A stretch of 64,000 nt of DNA, from positions 96,001-160,000 of the forward strand of contig CAVRCI010000011.1 of NCBI GenBank assembly GCA_963719495.1. The letters run 5' to 3'. Both the position numbers and the translations under genes were made by a program. The notes below the pieces were generated by a model that did no database searches, was not told where the DNA came from, and worked only from the letters and a program-made list of their open reading frames with translations. Within the stretch, counting starts at the first letter, position 1. Each line of letters opens with the position of its first letter. The DNA comes from an uncultured Verrucomicrobiae bacterium. GTDB lineage: Bacteria > Verrucomicrobiota > Verrucomicrobiia > Chthoniobacterales > JAATET01. Shown here piece by piece: positions 58,135 through 64,000 of the stretch.

Positions 58135-58190
58135 GGGTTTTGGTTTGCCCTTCGGGCGTCCTGCGGACTTGGGAGTTGCGTAGTTTCTAC

Positions 58191-60941
58191 GTGATTGAGG
58201 TGCGTTATTCTCGGGGGGTGGAATTGCCGGAGCTGGGGGCTTCGGGACTTTGGCTGGACCCTCGGGGGCCGACGGACTTTGCGTTTGTTTCGCACGCGCA
58301 TTCCGACCACACGGGGCGGCACCGGGAGTCGATTCTGACGGACGGGACTTCGCGGTTGATGCGGGCTCGGCTGGGGGTGCCGGTGGGGACGGAGCACGTG
58401 CTGGGGTGGCACGAGCGGCGGGAGTTTTCGAACTTTGCGATGACGCTCGTTCCGGCGGGGCACGTGCTGGGTTCGGCGCAGTGTCTGATCGAGTCAGCGG
58501 CGGGTTCTTTGCTTTACACGGGGGATTTCAAACTACGGGCTGGGCTGTCGTCGGAGGTGGCGGAGGCGGTGCCGGCGGAGACGCTCATCATGGAGACGAC
58601 GTTTGGGTTGCCGCACTACGTGTTTCCGCCGGCGGAGGAGGTGATCGCGGGGGTGGTGAAATTCGCGCGGGAGGCGCTGGAGGAGGGGGACGTGCCGGTG
58701 CTGCTGGGTTATTCGCTGGGGAAGGCTCAGGAGATCCTGTCGGCGCTGTCGACGGCGGGGGTTCCGATCATGCTGCACGGGGCGGTCTGGAAGATGACGC
58801 GGGTTTACGAGGGGCTGGGGATCTCGTTTCCGGAGTATCGCAAATACGAGGCCGGGGCGGTGTCGGGTCATGCTCTCATCTGTCCGCCGAACGTGAACGG
58901 GTCGGCGATGCTGCGGAAAATCCGGAACCGGCGGGTGGCGATGCTTTCGGGGTGGGCGATGAATCCGGGGGCGAAGTTTCGGTATCAGGCTGACGCGGCG
59001 TTTCCGCTGTCGGATCACGCGGGGTATGACGATCTGCTGCGGCACGTGGAGGCGGTGGGGCCGAAGCGGGTGCTGACGCTGCACGGATACGCGCGGGAAT
59101 TCGCGGCGGATCTGCGCGAGCGGGGGGTGGAGGCTTGGGCGCTGACGGGGGATAATCAGTTGGAGTTGGCTCTGCCCAAAAAGCGGGAGGCGGCGGTGGC
59201 GGGGGCGCGGGTGAACGAGGCGCTTGGGGCTCCGGTCGAGCCGGTCGAGGTCGGCGGATTCGGAGCGTTTTGCGCGGTTTGTGAGGGGATTGGGCGGACG
59301 ACGGGGAAGCTGGAGAAGGTGCGGATCTTGCGGGAGTTCTTTGCCGGGTTGGGGGACGCGGAGTTGCGGGTGGCGGCGGTGTGGCTGACGGGCAACGCGT
59401 TTTCGCAGGTGGCGGCGCGGCCCTTGCGGGTCGGGTGGGCGGTGATTCGGCGGGCGGTGCTGGCGGTGTCGGGGTTGTCGCCGGGGGATTTTTCGGCGAT
59501 TTCGCGGCGGTGGAATGATTTGGGGTTGACGACCGCGGAGGCGCTGGGTGGAGGCTACGGCTCGGCGGGAGCCTCGCCCTCCGGGGGTGGACGTGGCTCG
59601 GCGGGAGCCTCGCCCTCCGGGGGTGGAGTTTCGCCCTCCATTTTGGAGGTGGATGGGTTTCTGCGGAAGTTGGAGGCGGCGCGGGGGCCGATGGGGAAGG
59701 GGGGGCTGCTCGAGGAGATGTTGCGGCGGATCTCGGCGGGGGAGGCGAAGGTGTTGGTGACGATTCTCACCGGGGAGCTGCGGATTGGTTTGAAGGAGGG
59801 GCTGGTCGAGGAGGCGATTGCGGAGGCTTTCGGGGTCGATGGGGCGGTGGTGCGGGAGGGGAATATGTTGCTCGGCGATCTGGGGGAGACGGCGGTGCGG
59901 GCGCGGGCGGGGTCGTTGGACTCGGTGGAGCTGCGGCCGTTTCGACCGATGAAGGCGATGCTGGCGAGTCCGGAGCCGGATGCGGCGGCGGTGTGGGGTC
60001 GGCTTGGTGGGGCGACGGGGACGGTCTGGCTCGAAGATAAATTGGATGGGATCCGGGCGCAGATGCACGTGGCGGGTGGGGAGTGCCGGATTTTTTCGCG
60101 GGAGCTGAAGGACGTGACGGCGACCTTTCCGGAGATGGCGGCGGCGGCGGTGGCGACGGGGCGGGAGTTCGTGCTGGATGGCGAGATGCTGGCTTGGCAG
60201 GACGGGAAGCCGCTGGGGTTTTTCGAGCTGCAGCGACGCTTGGGGCGGAAGGAACGGGATCTGTTCATGGCGAACGAGGTGCCGGTTTCGTTCCTGGCGT
60301 TCGACGTTTTGTGGGCGGAGGGGCGGTCGGTTTTTCGGGAGGAATTGGCGGAGCGGCGGCGGGTGCTGGATGCGCTAGGGTTGGAAGGATTGTTGAGCGC
60401 GGTGCCGCTGGTGGCGGCGGGGTCGGCGGAGGAGATCGACGCGGCGTTCGACGCGGCGCGGGCGCGGGGGAACGAGGGTCTCATTGCGAAGGATCCGACG
60501 AGCGCGTATTCGCCGGGGCGGCGGGGGCTCTCGTGGATCAAGTTGAAGAAGGCGTTCGCGACGTTGGATTGCGTGATCGTGGCGGCGGAATACGGGCACG
60601 GGAAGCGCGTCGGGGTGCTGAGCGATTACACGTTTGCGGTGCGGGACGCCAAGGGCGGGTTGGCGAACATCGGAAAGGCTTACAGCGGATTGACGGACGT
60701 GGAGATCGCGGAGCTGACCGAGGAACTGCTCGGGCTGGTGGTGCGTCAGCGGGGTCGGGTCTACGACGTCGAGCCGCGGATCGTGCTGGAGATCGCGTTC
60801 GATTCGTTGAACGAGAGCGACCGACATTCGAGTGGGTTGGCGATGCGGTTCCCGCGAATCAAGGGGGTCCGGCGGGACAAGGGGGTCGACGGGATCGACA
60901 GCGTGGCGTCGGCTCGGCGGTTGGTGGCGGGGCGGGGGTGA
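58191..60941 (+). CDS. Metallo-beta-lactamase/beta-CASP exonuclease fused to ATP-dependent DNA ligase
   Basis: SHAHSDH, AGHVLGSA, YTGDFK, LSDHAG; ligase motifs EDKLDGIR, LDGE, FDVL, EGLIAK, KLK, RFPR. Confidence 0.92.
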   Translation: MIEVRYSRGVELPELGASGLWLDPRGPTDFAFVSHAHSDHTGRHRESILTDGTSRLMRARLGVPVGTEHVLGWHERREFSNFAMTLVPAGHVLGSAQCLIESAAGSLLYTGDFKLRAGLSSEVAEAVPAETLIMETTFGLPHYVFPPAEEVIAGVVKFAREALEEGDVPVLLGYSLGKAQEILSALSTAGVPIMLHGAVWKMTRVYEGLGISFPEYRKYEAGAVSGHALICPPNVNGSAMLRKIRNRRVAMLSGWAMNPGAKFRYQADAAFPLSDHAGYDDLLRHVEAVGPKRVLTLHGYAREFAADLRERGVEAWALTGDNQLELALPKKREAAVAGARVNEALGAPVEPVEVGGFGAFCAVCEGIGRTTGKLEKVRILREFFAGLGDAELRVAAVWLTGNAFSQVAARPLRVGWAVIRRAVLAVSGLSPGDFSAISRRWNDLGLTTAEALGGGYGSAGASPSGGGRGSAGASPSGGGVSPSILEVDGFLRKLEAARGPMGKGGLLEEMLRRISAGEAKVLVTILTGELRIGLKEGLVEEAIAEAFGVDGAVVREGNMLLGDLGETAVRARAGSLDSVELRPFRPMKAMLASPEPDAAAVWGRLGGATGTVWLEDKLDGIRAQMHVAGGECRIFSRELKDVTATFPEMAAAAVATGREFVLDGEMLAWQDGKPLGFFELQRRLGRKERDLFMANEVPVSFLAFDVLWAEGRSVFREELAERRRVLDALGLEGLLSAVPLVAAGSAEEIDAAFDAARARGNEGLIAKDPTSAYSPGRRGLSWIKLKKAFATLDCVIVAAEYGHGKRVGVLSDYTFAVRDAKGGLANIGKAYSGLTDVEIAELTEELLGLVVRQRGRVYDVEPRIVLEIAFDSLNESDRHSSGLAMRFPRIKGVRRDKGVDGIDSVASARRLVAGRG

Positions 60942-60955
60942 AGGGTCAGCGGCTT

Positions 60956-62302
60956 TCAGCCGGGTTGGGTTGGTGATTGGCTGGAAGCCAATTCCACGGT
61001 GGTTCGCCAGGTGTCGAGGAGGGTGGCGGGGTCGGGGCTTTCGTCGAAGTCGCGTTGGAGCTGAAGGAGGCCTTGTTGGTGGACGGCGGAGTGGAGGAAC
61101 TTGCGGTCGTTGCGGGCGAAGAAGGCGTTGGCGGTGGTGGACATCGTGGTGGCGATGGGTGGGCCGGGTTCGGCGAGGTATCGGGTCCAGGCTTCGGGCG
61201 CGTCGAGGCTGGTGATGGGGTAGAAAATGTTGAGGAGAATGTCGGTGATGCGCTGGGTGCCGAGGAGGGCGACGGGTTTGGGGAGCGGGGCGGCGGCGAG
61301 GGTGTAGTGGGCGTCCCAGAAGGGGTGGGTGAGGGTGGCGAGGGCGGCTTGGAATTTTTTGGAATCGGCGGCCTCGAGCGCGGACCGAATGGGTTTCCAA
61401 TGGGTCGCAATGGCGTGGAGGGCGGCGAGGCGGCGGTGGGGGTGATTCGCGGGTCGGATGCCGGCGAGGTTCCATTGGGTGGCGGGGAGGACGAGGCGTT
61501 CGAGGCGGGCGCGGTGGTCCCACCAGTCGTCCCAGAGCGCGCGGAGGGCGGTGCGGATCCCGGGGTCCTTCGGGTGGCGGCCGTCGGTGGCGAGGAAGCC
61601 GGCGAGGCCGAAGAGGAGGCCCTCGCCGCCGGGGGCGCGGGCGGCGGCGAGGCTGGCGCGTTGGGCGACGAGCTGGAAGGGGAGTTTGTTGCGCTTGTAG
61701 CCGAGGGCGACGGCGATGGCTTCGAACCAGGCGTTGTCGCGGCCGCGGAGCCGGGCGGCTTCGGCGAGGACGGCGGCTTTGTGGCGGAGGCGGTGGTGGG
61801 CGGCGGCGTGGAGGAGGGCGGAGGCGCGGGCGGGGTCGTCGGTGACGAGGCGGGTGGGTGGGGTCGGGCCGCGGACGGGAGTGTCGGCGTGGAGTTCGAC
61901 CTGGGCGACGTCGCGGTGGGCGGTCGTGCGGGTGAAGCTGCGGGCGGCGGGGCGGCGGAGGAAGACGTGGAGGATGGTGTCGTCGAAGGCGGGGTTGATG
62001 GCGTGGCCGTGGTGGTCCCAGTCGCGGACATCGGTGTCGATCTCGATGGCTCCGCGGCGGGGTGGGTCGTCGCCGAAGCGGACGGTGGCGCCGACGAAGT
62101 CGGGGCCGGCCTCGTGGTTCCAGGTGCCGAATTCGAGGAGTTCGGCGGGGCGTCCGTCGGTGGTGGTCCAGCGGCTGCCGAAGGCTCCGGCGAACCAACG
62201 GGCCTGGATGTCGAGTTCGCCGCCGGTGAGGTCGAGGGGTGGGGTGGTGGCTTCGGCGACGCGGCTGTTTGGATCTAGGAGGGTGGCGGGGTAGTCGATC
62301 AC
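60956..62302 (-). CDS. DUF2851-family protein
   Basis: GTWNHEAGPDF, GAIEID..DWDHHGH..NPAFD..ILHV, LGYKRN, RPANHPHRR, QGLLQ. Confidence 0.88.
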   Translation of the reverse strand: MIDYPATLLDPNSRVAEATTPPLDLTGGELDIQARWFAGAFGSRWTTTDGRPAELLEFGTWNHEAGPDFVGATVRFGDDPPRRGAIEIDTDVRDWDHHGHAINPAFDDTILHVFLRRPAARSFTRTTAHRDVAQVELHADTPVRGPTPPTRLVTDDPARASALLHAAAHHRLRHKAAVLAEAARLRGRDNAWFEAIAVALGYKRNKLPFQLVAQRASLAAARAPGGEGLLFGLAGFLATDGRHPKDPGIRTALRALWDDWWDHRARLERLVLPATQWNLAGIRPANHPHRRLAALHAIATHWKPIRSALEAADSKKFQAALATLTHPFWDAHYTLAAAPLPKPVALLGTQRITDILLNIFYPITSLDAPEAWTRYLAEPGPPIATTMSTTANAFFARNDRKFLHSAVHQQGLLQLQRDFDESPDPATLLDTWRTTVELASSQSPTQPG

Positions 62303-62322
62303 TGGGGAGGCGGTGAGGTGAG

Positions 62323-62364
62323 GAGTGTGAGCCAGAGATGCTTCGCTTCGCTCAGCATGACAGG
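62323..62364 (+). repeat. 42-bp dispersed repeat (family C), copy 2
   Basis: Matches 7793-7834. Confidence 0.9.
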
Positions 62365-62395
62365 GTTGGATGGGCTTTGCCCGACTGCGTCGGGC

Positions 62396-63946
62396 TTAGT
62401 TTAGATCCAAGGCGATTTTGTCCAGGATCGCGGTCTGGGCCGGGGTTCGGAAGTCGCCCAGGGCCTCGGATAGGACCATTTTTGCGGCGGGTTTGTCGTT
62501 GGCTCTTTGGTGGATTTCGATTCGTTCGAGGGCGAGGCGGAAGCGGATGGCGGTGGAGCGCTCCATCCTGGCGGCGGCTTCGAGGGCCTTGATGGCCGGA
62601 CCGTATTTTCGCTCGCCGGCGTAGGCTTGGCCGAGGGCTTCGAGGAACATGGAGTCGCCGGTTTCCTGGGCCAGGGCGCGGAGCTGGTCGGCGGCGTCGG
62701 TGGGATTGTCGCCGCCGGCGAGGACGGCGTTTCGGTATTTTTGCCAATTCGATCGGGCGGGGGCGCCGGGGTTGTCGATCCACTGGGCGTAAGGGCGGTA
62801 GAGCGGGTCGCCGAGGACGATGCCCATCCAGGAGAGCCCGCGCATGGAGGCGTAGGCGGATTCCGCGAGGGTGAGGCCGGTCATGAGGCGGTCCTGGAGG
62901 ACGTCGAAATTCGCGGTGAGGCTCAGGTAGGGTTCGTAGACGTTGCCGACGGTGGCGGCGGCTCCGTGGACCAGAATGGGCGCGGACCAGGTTTTCTTTG
63001 GGTTGCGGAGCGTGCTGGCGCTGAAGGAATGGAGGTGGCAGGCGACGGCTCCGGGGAGAAACGAGAAGCCGCGGGCGGCGAGGGCTCCGGCGACGTTCTG
63101 CGTATACCAACCGTAGTAAACGGCGGCGTCGGTGATGGGGTAACCCGCGGGGAAGATCTCGGGCGAAAAGTCGGAGATCACGGGGATGCCGCGCTGCCGC
63201 ATGGAGCGGGAGACTTCGATGAGCCAATCGTCGCCCTCCTTGTAGCCGCCCGACGTGATGTTGCGGGCGTCGACGTAGGCCCAGCCCCAGAGGCCGGTTT
63301 TCTCGGTGGCGATGGCGTCGTCGATCATCGCGCGCACGGTGTCGGCGGTCGGGGCGTCGAGGCGGCAGACGAGGAGCGGGCTGGCGCCGGGGGGTTGGGC
63401 GAGGATCGGGGTGAGGCGGCGGTAGTAGGGATTCGCGACGACCGAGGGGCGTTCGTCGGTGAGCGCGAAGAGGGCGGCGAGCTCGGAATCGACGGAGGCT
63501 TCGTTGTGTTTGAAGAGGGTGGCGATGGGCGAACCGGGCTTGATCTCGCCGGGTGCGGTGGTGCTTTCGCGGCTGTCGGGCGAAATTTTCAGCGGAACGC
63601 CGCGCATGATGGCGACGAAGCGTTTGCTGGCCGTGGCGACGAATTGGTTGCCGTCGGCACCGCGCTCCCGGGTCCACCAATTCCGGTCGGTGAACGCGCC
63701 GCGGACCGGGGCTTCGATGGTCACGAGGTAGCTGTCGCGCGTGATCTCCTCGTCGGTCGAAACGTTGAGGCCGAGGACCTGGCTGAACGGGATCTCGCGC
63801 CGCTCGGCGTAGTATTTCGCCAGGTCGCGGGATTCGGCGTCGTTGCGGTTGTAGAGGACGATCGTGGCGTCGGACTCGGGGCTCGCGACGGCGAGGCGTG
63901 CGGCTCCGAAGAGGATCAGGGCGACGCGGGCGGCGAGCGCTCTCAC
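62396..63946 (-). CDS. TIGR03790-family secreted protein
   Basis: VLYN..S..LA.YY..RR.IP, ASVDSEL, CRLD, YYGWY, PGAVACHLHSFSA, GNVYEPYL, LSW...GDPLYRP. Confidence 0.85.
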   Translation of the reverse strand: MRALAARVALILFGAARLAVASPESDATIVLYNRNDAESRDLAKYYAERREIPFSQVLGLNVSTDEEITRDSYLVTIEAPVRGAFTDRNWWTRERGADGNQFVATASKRFVAIMRGVPLKISPDSRESTTAPGEIKPGSPIATLFKHNEASVDSELAALFALTDERPSVVANPYYRRLTPILAQPPGASPLLVCRLDAPTADTVRAMIDDAIATEKTGLWGWAYVDARNITSGGYKEGDDWLIEVSRSMRQRGIPVISDFSPEIFPAGYPITDAAVYYGWYTQNVAGALAARGFSFLPGAVACHLHSFSASTLRNPKKTWSAPILVHGAAATVGNVYEPYLSLTANFDVLQDRLMTGLTLAESAYASMRGLSWMGIVLGDPLYRPYAQWIDNPGAPARSNWQKYRNAVLAGGDNPTDAADQLRALAQETGDSMFLEALGQAYAGERKYGPAIKALEAAARMERSTAIRFRLALERIEIHQRANDKPAAKMVLSEALGDFRTPAQTAILDKIALDLN

Positions 63947-63999
63947 GGGATTTGAATCGTCAGCCCGTCGTGCGCGAGGCGGATGTCGGGCGGGAGATC
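63943..63999 (-). CDS. C-terminus of probable PhnP-like MBL-fold hydrolase (partial)
   Basis: DLPPDIRLAHDGLTIQIP-stop; stop overlaps the GTG of the next gene. Confidence 0.5.
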   Translation of the reverse strand, partial: DLPPDIRLAHDGLTIQIP

Positions 64000-64000
64000 G

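Noticed and set aside
60375..63955. Long alternative-frame ORFs (60375-62198, 60977-62278, 62507-63955)
   Set aside because: Overlap recognisable DUF2851 and TIGR03790 genes; Arg/Pro- or Gly-rich shadow composition

Overview
High-GC bacterial window that looks verrucomicrobial (Chthoniobacter/Terrimicrobium-like; inferred from a PEP-CTERM protein and a Verru_Chthon pilin-like cassette). Left flank (1-15.2 kb): ABC exporter/MoxR operon, MORN-repeat protein, ExbB/ExbD/TonB (or TolQRA), DUF4126 and a vWA protein. Centre (15.3-50 kb): a carbohydrate island with a LacI regulator, two FG-GAP/VCBS proteins, a DHDPS-family aldolase, Na+/solute symporter, sialate O-acetylesterase, FGGY pentulose kinase, a beta-helix PEP-CTERM protein, a DUF1080/ThuA/Gfo-Idh-MocA/HEAT operon, a DoxX/Gfo-Idh-MocA/discoidin/MFS operon, ApbE, a GT-C-like protein, a Verru_Chthon B-C-A-X-D cassette and an Asp-box sialidase-like protein. 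Five copies of a 16-bp palindrome (GCTAAAA-NN-TTTTAGC) sit in the island's promoter regions, suggesting one sugar-responsive regulon that couples catabolism (possibly of Kdo or another ulosonic acid) to a dedicated pilin cassette and surface protein. Right flank (50-64 kb): GH-A-like hydrolase, two paralogous GT-B-like genes, MFS, bioB, rpiB, a RAYT transposase flanked by REP doublets, an exonuclease-ligase fusion carrying in-frame REP insertions, DUF2851 and TIGR03790. A perfect 46-bp palindrome with a dif-like 11-6-11 core lies upstream of bioB. No rRNA, tRNA or CRISPR array was seen. All family calls are by motif recognition, without database searches.
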